Part shown: positions 48,138-58,421 of the stretch, in pieces
Layout of the letters: each line of letters opens with the position of its first letter
Position numbering within the stretch: the stretch's first letter is position 1
Assembly: GCA_002773535.1 (NCBI GenBank)
Contig: PFAZ01000009.1
Span: 34,739 to 98,738 of the forward strand
Source of the DNA: Candidatus Harrisonbacteria bacterium CG10_big_fil_rev_8_21_14_0_10_40_38
GTDB taxonomy: Bacteria; Patescibacteriota; Minisyncoccia; UBA6257; 1-14-0-10-40-38
Reading direction: 5' to 3'
DNA: 64,000 nucleotides
Translations under genes and position numbers: made by a program
The notes under the pieces: generated by a model
Seen by the model: the letters and a program-made list of their open reading frames with translations, nothing else
What the model was told of the DNA's origin: nothing
Database searches by the model: none

Positions 48138-50885
48138 ATGCCCAAAACAAAGATTCGGGTAGGCCAAGCCCCACAAATTGGCACGAGTTCTCAATCTCTT
48201 AATTTCGATAGAGTTTTTACGAAACAAGGGGTTCATCCTTTTGATGCCGTGACTTGGGTTAAACGGGATGCGGTGATAGAAAGTGGTGATAAAAAGGTTT
48301 TTGAGCAATACGGAGTTGAGTTTCCCGACTTCTGGTCACAGAATGCGGTGAATATAACAACTTCTAAATATTTTAGGGGGAAATTAGGATCGCCGGAGAG
48401 AGAAACCAGCCTGAAACAAATGATAACAAGAGTGGCCCACACTATTCGGGTTTGGGGCGAAGAGAGGTTTGGCTACTTTGACAGCGCGAAACAGGCTGAG
48501 CTTTTTGAGTTGGAGCTTTCTCATATGATCTTGCACCAACAAGGATCTTTTAATAGTCCTGTTTGGTTTAATGTTGGGGTAGCCGAAACTCCTCAATGCT
48601 CTGCGTGTTTTATTTTATCCGTTGAAGATAATATGCCCTCGATACTTGAGTGGATTTCTAATGAGGGGATGATTTTTAAAGGTGGGTCTGGTGCAGGAAA
48701 TAATCTTTCGGCAATCAGGTCAAAACAAGAATCTCTTTCAAAAGGTGGGAAAGCATCTGGACCGGTTTCTTTTATGAGAGGGGCTGATTCTGTGGCTGGA
48801 ATGATTAAATCCGGTGGCACAACAAGGCGAGCGGCTAAGATGGTCATATTAAATATTGATCACCCTGACATTATGGAATTTATTCGCTGTAAGGCAGAGG
48901 AAGAGAAAAAGGTTCAAGCCCTTCGCGCAGCAGGATTTGATATGTCTAATCTTAATAATGAAGCTTGGACATCTATACAGTTTCAGAATGCAAATAACTC
49001 TGTCCGAATAACTGATGACTTTATGGAGGCTGCTGAACAAGATGAGAAATGGAATACTCGCCTCGTAACAACGGGCGAAGTTGCAGATACATATAATGCG
49101 CGAGAGTTGCTTTTAGAAATTGCAGAGGCGGCCTGGGAATGCGGAGACCCTGGGGTGCAGTTTGATACGACGATAAATAACTGGCACACATGTCCTAACT
49201 CGGGGAGAATAAACGGTTCGAACCCTTGTTCGGAATACATGCATATCGATAACTCGGCGTGTAATCTTGCTTCGATTAATTTACTTAAATTTCTTAGAGA
49301 TGACGGCTTGTTTAGTGTTCGGGAATTTATGCATGCTGTTCGTATTTTTATTTTAGCGCAGGATATCATAGTTGATGCTTCGAGCTACCCAACTGAGCTC
49401 ATTGCCAAGAACGCTCGTGATTTTAGGCAACTTGGACTTGGCTTTGCAAACTTAGGAGCTTTGCTTATGACAAAAGGCTTGCCGTATGCATCTGAAGAGG
49501 GCCAGGCGGTAGCAGGAGCTATATCATCTGTATTGTGTGGCGAGGCATATAGGTTTTCTGCGGAGATAGCAGGCAGGAAAGGCGCTTTTGCTGGATTTGA
49601 AAAAAATAAAAAACCAATGCTTCGTGTTATTGGAAAACATAAAAAAGCATCAAAAGGTATTAACTACAAATTACTGAATGATAAAGATCTTGCCGATGCG
49701 GCGACATCTGTATGGGAAGAGGCATATAAATTAGGAGAAGAGAATGGATTTCGTAATTCACAAGTTACTGTGATAGCCCCAACTGGAACTATCGCCCTTA
49801 TGATGGACTGCGACACAACGGGTATTGAACCGGATTTTTCTTTAATAAAATATAAACAACTTGTTGGTGGGGGTTGGATGACCATCGTGAACAATGGTGT
49901 TCCGATAGCTCTTGAACGACTTGGATACACCCAAGAAGCTATTGGCGAGATAATTCATTGGATAAAAGAAAATGAGACTATTGAGGGCGCTCCGCACATC
50001 AAAGAAGAGCACTTATCTATATTTGACTGCGCTGTAAGACCGGCAAAAGGAACGAGGTCAATCTCATGGAAGGGACACGTAAAACTCGTGGCAGCTGTTC
50101 AGCCATTTATATCCGGAGCTATTTCAAAAACGTTTAATATGGACAAAGAGACAACGAAAGAAGAAATAGCTGACGCGTACATAATGGCTTGGAAGCTGGG
50201 TATAAAGGCATTTGCGGTTTACAGAGATGGATCAAAATCATCACAGCCTCTTCAGACAAGCAAGTCTGATTCTGGCGCCGAGAAAGCTGCTCCACAGTCA
50301 GGAGCCACCAGAAGAAGACTTCCTTCAACAAGGATGTCGGAGACACATAAATTTTCTATTGCCGGTCATGAAGGATATCTTACATATAGTTTATTTGAAG
50401 AAGATGGCGAGCTTGCAGAAATATTTCTTAGAGTCGCAAAACAGGGGAGCACGCTTGCTGGTTTACTAGACTCTTTTGCAATTTCCGTGTCCATGGCTTT
50501 GCAATATGGTGTGCCAGTAAAAGATTTGTGCCATAAATTTATCCATAGCAGATTTGAGCCTGCGGGATATACAAAGAACCCGGACATACAGGTGGCAACG
50601 AGTATCATCGACTATATATTCCGCTATATTGCGCTTAGATTCCTTTCTGATGAGGATTTGGGAGAGTTTGGGATGGAGAGAGAGCATGCGCATATAAGTG
50701 AGTCTGTTGAAGCTCCGATCGCATCGACAGTGGCGGCTAAGGCTACGGCGAGTGTGGAGGCGCCAAAGAAATCGGCATACGTAGCAGCAGGAACTGTTTG
50801 TAAGCATTGCGGAGGAATGATGGTAAGGACTGGATCGTGTATGACGTGTCTTCAGTGCGGCACGTCGAGTGGAGGGTGTTCGTAA
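48138..50885 (+). CDS. nrdJ: Class II (adenosylcobalamin-dependent) ribonucleotide reductase
   Basis: FNSPVWFN, SACFI, GGTTRRAAKM, SNPCSEY, IAPTGTI, GAISKT, YRDGSK; C-terminal TSCPD-like domain and Zn ribbon. Confidence 0.95.
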   Translation: MPKTKIRVGQAPQIGTSSQSLNFDRVFTKQGVHPFDAVTWVKRDAVIESGDKKVFEQYGVEFPDFWSQNAVNITTSKYFRGKLGSPERETSLKQMITRVAHTIRVWGEERFGYFDSAKQAELFELELSHMILHQQGSFNSPVWFNVGVAETPQCSACFILSVEDNMPSILEWISNEGMIFKGGSGAGNNLSAIRSKQESLSKGGKASGPVSFMRGADSVAGMIKSGGTTRRAAKMVILNIDHPDIMEFIRCKAEEEKKVQALRAAGFDMSNLNNEAWTSIQFQNANNSVRITDDFMEAAEQDEKWNTRLVTTGEVADTYNARELLLEIAEAAWECGDPGVQFDTTINNWHTCPNSGRINGSNPCSEYMHIDNSACNLASINLLKFLRDDGLFSVREFMHAVRIFILAQDIIVDASSYPTELIAKNARDFRQLGLGFANLGALLMTKGLPYASEEGQAVAGAISSVLCGEAYRFSAEIAGRKGAFAGFEKNKKPMLRVIGKHKKASKGINYKLLNDKDLADAATSVWEEAYKLGEENGFRNSQVTVIAPTGTIALMMDCDTTGIEPDFSLIKYKQLVGGGWMTIVNNGVPIALERLGYTQEAIGEIIHWIKENETIEGAPHIKEEHLSIFDCAVRPAKGTRSISWKGHVKLVAAVQPFISGAISKTFNMDKETTKEEIADAYIMAWKLGIKAFAVYRDGSKSSQPLQTSKSDSGAEKAAPQSGATRRRLPSTRMSETHKFSIAGHEGYLTYSLFEEDGELAEIFLRVAKQGSTLAGLLDSFAISVSMALQYGVPVKDLCHKFIHSRFEPAGYTKNPDIQVATSIIDYIFRYIALRFLSDEDLGEFGMEREHAHISESVEAPIASTVAAKATASVEAPKKSAYVAAGTVCKHCGGMMVRTGSCMTCLQCGTSSGGCS

Positions 50886-50956
50886 ACGTAGAGAAAAATA
50901 TAAAGAGGATAGAGGATAGATCAAAAAAACGCATATGCGGTTTTTTTGATTACTTG

Positions 50957-51028
50957 TCTCCCCGGTAGGAATCGAACCTACATCTACTCCTTAGAAGGGA
51001 GTTGTTCTATCCATTGAACTACGGGGAG
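50957..51028 (-). tRNA. tRNA-Arg(TCT)
   Basis: Anticodon arm ACTCC-CTTCTAA-GGAGT; GGTTCGATTCC. Confidence 0.95.
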
Positions 51029-51055
51029 GGGGTGGAAAATTTTGTTTTTAATTTT

Positions 51056-51134
51056 GCCCTCCTTCGCCCCACAGAGCGGGGCTACGGCGGGGCATAAGAA
51101 CACCTAAACTCGTTTACACTCGTTAAGTTGTTCT
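51056..51134. repeat. Short REP-like hairpin elements between tRNA-Arg and tRNA-Pro
   Basis: GCCC..CCTTCGCCCC-ACAGAGC-GGGGCTACGGCGGGC and AGAACA...CTCGTTTACACTCG...TGTTCT; imperfect GC-rich hairpins. Confidence 0.45.
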
Positions 51135-51138
51135 AATG

Positions 51139-51209
51139 TCGGGGTGCCGGGAATCGAACCCGGTCTACATGCTCCCAAAGCATGCGTACTACCAGTATAC
51201 GACACCCCG
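51139..51209 (-). tRNA. tRNA-Pro(TGG)
   Basis: CGGGGTG acceptor stem; CATGC-TTTGGGA-GCATG. Confidence 0.95.
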
Positions 51210-51265
51210 TGTGCCGCTTTTAGAGCTTAACCTGAATTTTGTTTTCAGGTAAAGCTCTAAATACA

Positions 51266-51856
51266 TTAAGGCTGAAGCAAGGAATCTAATTTCGTTAGAG
51301 ATTCATTAAATCTGGCATTTAATTCGTTAATTGCCTGCGATTCCTTGTTCATATTATCGAGAAGTTCTTCAATCTTTCCGTTTGTGTACTTTTGAGGATC
51401 TTGGAACTTTTCGCCCAAGGCTTCGAAAAGTTGGCTAAAGTATTCATTATAGCTAACCAGTCTGCTTACAAGAGTAACTTCGGAGCTTACTGCTTCTGTA
51501 GCGGCGATCTTGGCGCTATCGGGTTTTATTCTATCGATTGACCTCGCCATTTTTTCGAGTTCACTGGAAAGCTCAATAGCTTTTCTTTGAGCATCCTGAT
51601 TTCTCGTTATTTCCTCCTCAAGAAGGTCGAAGGCGCTTGCTATGTCGCCCTCTTTTTCGTATTGTCCTATCTGGCGCAAATTATTGAGTGATTGGTCGTA
51701 AAGAGCGGCTATTTCACTAGATAACTCTGCTCCTTTAGTCCTTCCTTCAATAAATTCGCTTGGCAAGCCTTCTTGTGATACTATAGTTTTCGTAAAAAAA
51801 TAAACCACAAGCCCTATTGCCACTATAAGCGCCACAATCTTTACCGTCTGCTTCAT
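51266..51856 (-). CDS. Hypothetical membrane-anchored helical protein
   Basis: N-terminal TM followed by a coiled-coil-like body. Confidence 0.75.
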   Translation of the reverse strand: MKQTVKIVALIVAIGLVVYFFTKTIVSQEGLPSEFIEGRTKGAELSSEIAALYDQSLNNLRQIGQYEKEGDIASAFDLLEEEITRNQDAQRKAIELSSELEKMARSIDRIKPDSAKIAATEAVSSEVTLVSRLVSYNEYFSQLFEALGEKFQDPQKYTNGKIEELLDNMNKESQAINELNARFNESLTKLDSLLQP

Positions 51857-51904
51857 TGCAAGCTATTATATGAAAAGGCTCTATAAAAGGCAATAAGCCA
51901 AAAT

Positions 51905-51975
51905 GCGGGTATCGTATAACGGCATTACCACAGGTTTCCAACCTGTTGACAGGGGTTCGACTCCCCTTACCCGCT
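51905..51975 (+). tRNA. tRNA-Gly(TCC)
   Basis: GCGGGTA acceptor stem; ACAGG-TTTCCAA-CCTGT; U73. Confidence 0.95.
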
Positions 51976-51985
51976 CAGATTAGTT

Positions 51986-53425
51986 TTAATCCAAAATCTT
52001 AAGTATTGGATCGTAATGTTTGAGGGTCTTCTTACTTATTGAGACACCGTAGACGAGCGGAGAAAGGAAGAAAAATAAGCCCGCGATAAGACAGACGTAG
52101 GTCATGTAGCTTATGGCTATTTTTTTTGATTTAAACCCGAGTTTTCCTGCGAACGAATGGTTGGTTTCTTTAATATTTTTATCTTCAAAAAAGGAATCGT
52201 ATAAAAGCGCTGTAATCAGAGAAGCAAAAAGAAGGGGTGGGAGATAATGGTAGAGAAAGGCAACTCTGCTTATGCCTATAAATGGAAGATAGTTCCCTAT
52301 AAACCCGACTGTAAAGAAAAGAAGGGGGAGTGTTACCCTTTTTCTGGCCCATTTTATTTTAAGAGCAGCAAGAAGCATGAGGATGGCGAGCGCAACCGAT
52401 GCGGAAGCAGTCCACCAAATAATAGGGTTTGCAATAAGATAAACATTTGCGACATTGTCTCCCTCTGTTTTTGTCCAATACCACGCAGTTCTTCTCCCGA
52501 ATGGCCACTCTGACCATTTACTTGAGTATGGGTGTGTTGCTGTTATGCCTGCGCTATAGTTATACATCGCTTTTGTAAGCTCTGAAAATTTTCCCCAAAA
52601 TCCGAGGGGTTCTATGTCTTCGCCGACTTTATTGCCTTCAAGAGTTTTTTGAAATTCCTGACTCATGTAAGCGTCTCCGGGACCGGATTTTTTAAGTAAG
52701 GAAAAATGAATCGCAATTGAGCCGGAATAAACGATAAAAGGAATGATAAGAAGTATGACAAATTTGAGGATAGTTTTTTTGAAACTGAAATTTTTTATTG
52801 AATCGATAAGCGCCATAAATAGTATAAGGGCGAGAAATGCTATGGCGGTGTATTTTACACTAGCTGCGGCGCCGGCAAGGGCGGCGGAGGAGGCGAGCCA
52901 AATGTATTTATGCTTTTCATTGTTTCTTGAGCGAAAATAGCAAAATATAGCGAATACTCCAAAACAAATAAAGAAACTGTCAGTAAGAATAAACCTTGAT
53001 TGGCCAAGGATGGCGGTATCAAAAAGAAGGAGAGAGCTACCAAGAAATGCTGCGCGCTTTGACGCTTTTATTTCTCGAAGGAGGAGATACGCGCCTATTG
53101 GAATGAGAGCTCCCATAAATGCCGGGAGAAAGCGCAGAGCAAAAAAAGTTTTGGGGTCAAACCCGCTGCCGATTTCTTTAAAAACACCTTCTATTTCATC
53201 AAGTCTGTCTATGCCCATCATCGATGCGAAGCCGGCAATCATCATCTTGGCGAGTGGGGGATGGATATCAAAATAGTATTCGTGAATTACATACGCTGCG
53301 GCAAATTTCCCAAAATAAATCTCATCAAACACCACCTCCGGTGGGGTAGAGAGAAAAATAAATCTAGTAGCAAATGATAAAACTACTAAAGAAATAAAGG
53401 CTATATGTTTTTTATAACTTTTCAT
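51986..53425 (-). CDS. Protein O-mannosyltransferase (PMT/GT39 family)
   Basis: EVVFDEIYFGKFA, YFDIHPPLAK, SRFILTDS, HPYSS.W..WP, FLYHYLP. Confidence 0.9.
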   Translation of the reverse strand: MKSYKKHIAFISLVVLSFATRFIFLSTPPEVVFDEIYFGKFAAAYVIHEYYFDIHPPLAKMMIAGFASMMGIDRLDEIEGVFKEIGSGFDPKTFFALRFLPAFMGALIPIGAYLLLREIKASKRAAFLGSSLLLFDTAILGQSRFILTDSFFICFGVFAIFCYFRSRNNEKHKYIWLASSAALAGAAASVKYTAIAFLALILFMALIDSIKNFSFKKTILKFVILLIIPFIVYSGSIAIHFSLLKKSGPGDAYMSQEFQKTLEGNKVGEDIEPLGFWGKFSELTKAMYNYSAGITATHPYSSKWSEWPFGRRTAWYWTKTEGDNVANVYLIANPIIWWTASASVALAILMLLAALKIKWARKRVTLPLLFFTVGFIGNYLPFIGISRVAFLYHYLPPLLFASLITALLYDSFFEDKNIKETNHSFAGKLGFKSKKIAISYMTYVCLIAGLFFFLSPLVYGVSISKKTLKHYDPILKILD

Positions 53426-55452
53426 TGAGCTGTAGTATAGCACTTAATTCTTAGGATTTTACGGTCACTGTTTTCATAGACAATTTTACCAAGTTTATTT
53501 ATTGATTCTTCTGTAATAGTGCCAAATGCTTTTTCCAAACCAGAATCAATAAGAATAAAATCTACATTTTCGCTACATGCCACACTTAAATCTCCTTGTA
53601 TTATTTTTTTGGCGTTCTCTCTGGCGTTTCCATACTCAAGACCATGAGACCAAAGCCAACCATCGTAGCCCATAAAAACTTTTCTTCCGGAAAGAAAAAG
53701 CGGTATTGGGTCAATTGATGTATCTGTAAGAAAAAGATCGTTGGGATTTGTGTTTTTTTCTATCCATGATGCTACTTCCAGAGCATCTCTTGACCCGTCT
53801 ATATACCCTGATGACTTTGCATTTGCATCGCCGGTTAACTTACTTAAGACATCTACTGATCCTGCTATTAACCCGAAAAATATTATTAAGCCAACAATTA
53901 TTTTAAATAAAACATTTTTCTCCCACATTTTTTTTAAAAAGGGGACTACTAGAAAAATTATTGCCAATGTCCACCAGTAGAAAAACATTTTCCCATTATC
54001 AAAATCCCATGGTTGAAGCAAAAAAAGATTGGGGACTAAAAATAACATGGCAGATGCCGCTACCCATTTACTGTTTTGAATTCCAAAATTTATTTTTGTT
54101 AGCCATTTTGTAGAATATGCGACTAATAGCGTTGACCAAATAAGAAACATAACTCCGAAATTGTTTATCCAAAACCATAGCGCATTTGAATTCGTACCCG
54201 GCTCTGGAGAGCACTTGATCCACGAGGTTCTATGGACACAAGTCATCCACCCAAACCATGGCTTTAAGAAGCTGTCACCTAAGGCATTTGCTGGATTCGT
54301 AAAGAAAAATATAAGCATTGGAACTGCGATCGCTGTGGTTATTAAACCTAAATAAATCCATGCTTTCCATTGTTTTAGATGCCAAAAGAATAAAGTCAAA
54401 AGAACGATAAAAAGGGAAAGGAAGGTGTGACCGTGAACGAAAGGCATTGCGCCTGCTACAAACCCATATCGCCACCATTGTTTTTCCTTTCCGTATGTTA
54501 CAACTCCAAGCATTATTAATAGGAACATTCCAAACCCCCAAATAAAACTTCTTTGGTGAGCGAGAAAGGAAACCACGGGAACTATCCAAACAATATTGTC
54601 GTTTGTGTTATGAGATGAAGTTATTTTTCCACCGGTTCTGTTATCTAGATGAGTGTATTCGTGTGGCGGATTACTTATAAACTCGTTTATATTACTGAAT
54701 TGATTTTGGCTATACTCGTCTTTTATATCCCTCCACAGCGAAGTGAATCCTAAGCCACTACCTAAAAGAATGAGGAGTAGGGCTATAACTGCGAATCTTT
54801 GAGATTTTGATATCCCCTTAGCTAGTGAAAAACAAAGAATAAAAGCTGATACGCCACCTAGAATAATTGGGATTTGATATGCTAATACAATATTTGCTCC
54901 TAAAAAGTGAAGGATGCTGGATGAAAAATCTATAAGAAATGGATATACAAGCCTTGAATTTGCTAGGAGTGGATGCGCTAAATTAAACGGACTGGTAGCT
55001 GAAAATCTTTTTATAAAATTTACATGGAGCGCATTATCGCCCCAACCCGGCATCATGGATCGAAGCTCTCCATTGGGACCAACGTGAAACATTCTTAAGA
55101 GGTACCATGTATACAAACCGATAATTAATATAAGGGCTATAATTATTCCGATATTTTTAAAATATTTTTTTTGTATTTTTATTTTTTTTAATTTTCTAAA
55201 AAAATTGAAAATACTATTCCAGCGTAAAGCTATTATTATAAAAAAAAGAATTTCATAAATCGTGATTGCTAGTGACTGAGATTTAGTGATGAGACTGCCG
55301 ATTAAAAAAATATATGAACTGGCTATTTGCCCAATCAGAATCGTTCCTGCTGTTTTTTCTAAAATAGAAAATTTACCAAGAGGATCAAGCCAGTTTATAA
55401 TTAGCGCTCCAAATAAAAATGTTGAAAGCGTTAGTGCTATTGCGCTTATCAT
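53422..55452 (-). CDS. Multi-TM GT-C-like membrane protein (putative glycosyltransferase)
   Basis: Many TMs, WGD.ALH loop, YPFL.DF, HQRS, C-terminal LSGR..FMGY.GWLWSHG. Confidence 0.7.
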   Translation of the reverse strand: MISAIALTLSTFLFGALIINWLDPLGKFSILEKTAGTILIGQIASSYIFLIGSLITKSQSLAITIYEILFFIIIALRWNSIFNFFRKLKKIKIQKKYFKNIGIIIALILIIGLYTWYLLRMFHVGPNGELRSMMPGWGDNALHVNFIKRFSATSPFNLAHPLLANSRLVYPFLIDFSSSILHFLGANIVLAYQIPIILGGVSAFILCFSLAKGISKSQRFAVIALLLILLGSGLGFTSLWRDIKDEYSQNQFSNINEFISNPPHEYTHLDNRTGGKITSSHNTNDNIVWIVPVVSFLAHQRSFIWGFGMFLLIMLGVVTYGKEKQWWRYGFVAGAMPFVHGHTFLSLFIVLLTLFFWHLKQWKAWIYLGLITTAIAVPMLIFFFTNPANALGDSFLKPWFGWMTCVHRTSWIKCSPEPGTNSNALWFWINNFGVMFLIWSTLLVAYSTKWLTKINFGIQNSKWVAASAMLFLVPNLFLLQPWDFDNGKMFFYWWTLAIIFLVVPFLKKMWEKNVLFKIIVGLIIFFGLIAGSVDVLSKLTGDANAKSSGYIDGSRDALEVASWIEKNTNPNDLFLTDTSIDPIPLFLSGRKVFMGYDGWLWSHGLEYGNARENAKKIIQGDLSVACSENVDFILIDSGLEKAFGTITEESINKLGKIVYENSDRKILRIKCYTTAQ

Positions 55453-55522
55453 GATGTTTTTATTTATGATACTCAAACATATAAAAAGAGGCGAGCCCCG
55501 AAATTCGGGGCTCATTTCTTTT

Positions 55523-56122
55523 TTATCTGGATTTTATTACTTCGTCTATAAGGCCGTAAGCTTTTGCCTCTTCTGCGGTCAGATAGAAATCTCTATCTGT
55601 GTCTTTTTCAACTTGTGCTATAGGTTTCTTTGTGTGTTTTGAGATTATCTGGTTGAGTCTGTTTTTTAGATGCATTATATGTTTTGCAGAAATTTCTATT
55701 TCTATAGCCTGTCCTTCTATACCACCTGCCATAACTTGGTGAAGTAATATTTCGGAATTTGGCAGAGCAAGCCTTTTACCTTTGGTTCCTGCGCCTAAGA
55801 GAACCGCGCCCATAGATGCCGCCATGCCTACGCAAATAGTGGAAACGTCGGGTTTTACGTATTGGATTGCATCGTATATCGCGAGTCCGGCAGAGACTGA
55901 ACCGCCTGGGCTGTTTAAATAAAGTTTGATGTCTTTTTTTGGATCTTCGTGTTCAAGAAATAAGAGTTGAGCTATTACAAGATTTGCCATCTGGTCTGTC
56001 ACTGGGCCGCCAAGAAAAATGATTCTTTCCTTGAGAAGTCTTGAATAGATATCATACGCCCTTTCTCCGAATTGGGATTTTTCGATGACTGTTGGTATGA
56101 GATATTGGTATGCGTCGTCCAT
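55523..56122 (-). CDS. clpP: ATP-dependent Clp protease proteolytic subunit
   Basis: [33 protein letters not shown]. Confidence 0.97.
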   Translation of the reverse strand: MDDAYQYLIPTVIEKSQFGERAYDIYSRLLKERIIFLGGPVTDQMANLVIAQLLFLEHEDPKKDIKLYLNSPGGSVSAGLAIYDAIQYVKPDVSTICVGMAASMGAVLLGAGTKGKRLALPNSEILLHQVMAGGIEGQAIEIEISAKHIMHLKNRLNQIISKHTKKPIAQVEKDTDRDFYLTAEEAKAYGLIDEVIKSR

Positions 56123-56161
56123 AATATTGTTAAATGTTTAATGCGACATGCAAAATGGGAT

Positions 56162-57409
56162 TTATTTTTTTTCTTCGAGGGATTCTAAGAATTCAAAAAC
56201 TTTCTTCTGTTCAACAACACCGTAACTATAGTCATAGTGTGTATTAGGGTCAAGATTATGAATACTCATTTCTGTTTTAATTTCTTCTTCTGTTGGTTCG
56301 AGTTTTTCGTCTTTACTTATTTTATGAATTATAAGGTTCACCATAAGACGTTCCTTTGCTCTTTCTTTGAGACTTTCTCTTAACTTTTCGTCAGAAACCG
56401 GAATTTGGTTGTTGCCTATCATAGCTTTTGTTTCATGTATCATGCTTTCAAGAGATTTTTCGAGCATGATGTCTGGGATTTCCGCATTAGATTCTTTTGC
56501 TACTTCGCGAAGGATTTTTGAGATAATTCGTTCTTTTTCTCGTTGTTCTTTTTCGTGTTTAAATCCTTCTACGATACTACTTTTTACATCTTCAATGGTT
56601 TCAAATTTTGCGCCTAGAGTTTTTGCAAATTCATTATCTGCGGTGGGTAGCTCTCGTTCGTAAACTCCTTTAATGGTTACTTTGAATTCTATTTCTTTGT
56701 TTTGAAGATCTTTTTGCCAATAATCAGCCGGGGCTTTCAGTGAAAATATTATTTCTTCGTTCTCTTTGCGGTTTTCGAGTTTTTCATCAAACCCCGGAAT
56801 AAATTTACTCTCGCCTAAAACCATTTTTTCTCCATGAAGCGTTCCTCCTTCGATTGGCTTTCCTTCTAAACTGCTTTCAACGTCTACTTCTATGAGATCT
56901 CCTTTAACTGCATTTCTTGAAACACGGGTTATTTTTGCTCGAGACTCTCTTAACCATGAAAAGGTTTTATTAATTTCTTCTTCTTTTACTTCCGGAACAT
57001 TTTTCTCTTTTAAAATATCCTTTGCAATTTTTTTATAATCTCCTAGTTTTACTTCGGGGAATATAGAGAACTCGGCTTTGTATTTAAGACCTGGACCTTC
57101 TTTGCCTATTGGGTTAGCTTCTATGATTTCGATTTTGGGCTTACTTACAACAATCCAATTATTATCCTCTATAACCTCATCCAAGCTCCATTTAACAGCT
57201 TTAAGAGAAGCTTCTTCGAAAACCTTGTCTTTGTTTACTGCCTGATCAGATAATTCCTTTGGCGCTGTGCCCGGTCGAAAGCCTTTTAAGTGGATTTTGC
57301 TTGCTGCTTCGTTATGGGCTTCCTGCCAATAGGTATCAAATTCTTTTTGCTCAAGTATTACTTCGACTTCTATTTCTGAACCGGTCTTTTTTTTGTGTGT
57401 TTCTTTCAT
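56162..57409 (-). CDS. tig: Trigger factor
   Basis: GFRPG.AP ribosome-binding motif, FKBP-like FIPGF, upstream of clpP. Confidence 0.93.
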   Translation of the reverse strand: MKETHKKKTGSEIEVEVILEQKEFDTYWQEAHNEAASKIHLKGFRPGTAPKELSDQAVNKDKVFEEASLKAVKWSLDEVIEDNNWIVVSKPKIEIIEANPIGKEGPGLKYKAEFSIFPEVKLGDYKKIAKDILKEKNVPEVKEEEINKTFSWLRESRAKITRVSRNAVKGDLIEVDVESSLEGKPIEGGTLHGEKMVLGESKFIPGFDEKLENRKENEEIIFSLKAPADYWQKDLQNKEIEFKVTIKGVYERELPTADNEFAKTLGAKFETIEDVKSSIVEGFKHEKEQREKERIISKILREVAKESNAEIPDIMLEKSLESMIHETKAMIGNNQIPVSDEKLRESLKERAKERLMVNLIIHKISKDEKLEPTEEEIKTEMSIHNLDPNTHYDYSYGVVEQKKVFEFLESLEEKK

Positions 57410-57448
57410 AAAAAAATTTATATAAGTCAGTGTTTTTTACCATTTTTT

Positions 57449-57916
57449 TTATTTAAAGGCAAGCTTTCTTTCGGTTTCCAGTTTTCCGTGACTTATTGTT
57501 ATCCACTTGGCGTTTTTGGGTATTATTTTTTTTATTCTATCGGCCCATTCAATAATGACTATATTTTCAGGGTTATTGAGGATCTCATAAAATCTTATGA
57601 CCTCGAGTTCTTTTATTTCTTTTATTCTATAACAATCTACGTGATATAAGGTTTTGAAATTTTTTATTTTTTTAGATATTGAGTAGGGTTTAAATATAAC
57701 AAATGTTGGACTGGTTACTTTTTTTATACCCAAAGATTTTGCGAAGCCTTTTGTGAATGCGGTTTTGCCTGCGCCAAGATCACCGACGAGAGCTAAAACA
57801 AATGCATTTTCTGATTTTTTCTTTTTTACTATTTCGAGCGCGAGTTTTTCCGCTATCTGGCTTGTTTCCTTTTCCTCTTTTGTAAAATGAGTATTTTTAG
57901 TTTTCTCCTTCTTCAT
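57449..57916 (-). CDS. tsaE: t6A biosynthesis ATPase TsaE
   Basis: GDLGAGKT, SPTF, HVDCYR, IIEWAD. Confidence 0.95.
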   Translation of the reverse strand: MKKEKTKNTHFTKEEKETSQIAEKLALEIVKKKKSENAFVLALVGDLGAGKTAFTKGFAKSLGIKKVTSPTFVIFKPYSISKKIKNFKTLYHVDCYRIKEIKELEVIRFYEILNNPENIVIIEWADRIKKIIPKNAKWITISHGKLETERKLAFK

Positions 57917-58415
57917 GAAAATATTTAAATTTTTTCATACTATACACTGCGATTATCGATAGTAAAAGCGCACTTATGAGGCCATAGCCGATAAACATAT
58001 ATGGAGAGTTGTTTTCTTGTATTGTGGCAACGCCTTTTGTATTACTGATGTTTTTGATGAGCTCTTTGTTTAATGGCGAGTTTACTTGTTGAATATTTTT
58101 ATCGCCTTTCTTTATTACCTCGCCTTCAGAAGGTGAGGTGATTTCTAGTTTATCGATTTCTTCACCTTTTTCATTTTGTAGAAAAATAGTCTCTTTGTCG
58201 TTATTGAGAGAGATTTTTGTAGTTTTATATAAAAGTTTTAGATCCTCGTTTGGGTTGATCGTGTATCCAGTTAAGCTAAAAGTTTTTCCGCTTAAATCTT
58301 TTATTTTCCAACCTGACAGATTTACAGAATCGACTCCTTTATTGGTGAGGGTTATGTATTCACCATCGGTATCTTTTCCTATTGGATTTGGAAGGGCTTC
58401 TTTGATTTCAACCAT
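57897..58415 (-). CDS. Lamin-tail-domain protein with C-terminal TM
   Basis: I.E.LPNP.G.D..GEYI.L.N....VNLSGWKI.D, LNN..E.I.L. Confidence 0.8.
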   Translation of the reverse strand: MVEIKEALPNPIGKDTDGEYITLTNKGVDSVNLSGWKIKDLSGKTFSLTGYTINPNEDLKLLYKTTKISLNNDKETIFLQNEKGEEIDKLEITSPSEGEVIKKGDKNIQQVNSPLNKELIKNISNTKGVATIQENNSPYMFIGYGLISALLLSIIAVYSMKKFKYFHEEGEN

Positions 58416-58421
58416 TAATTA

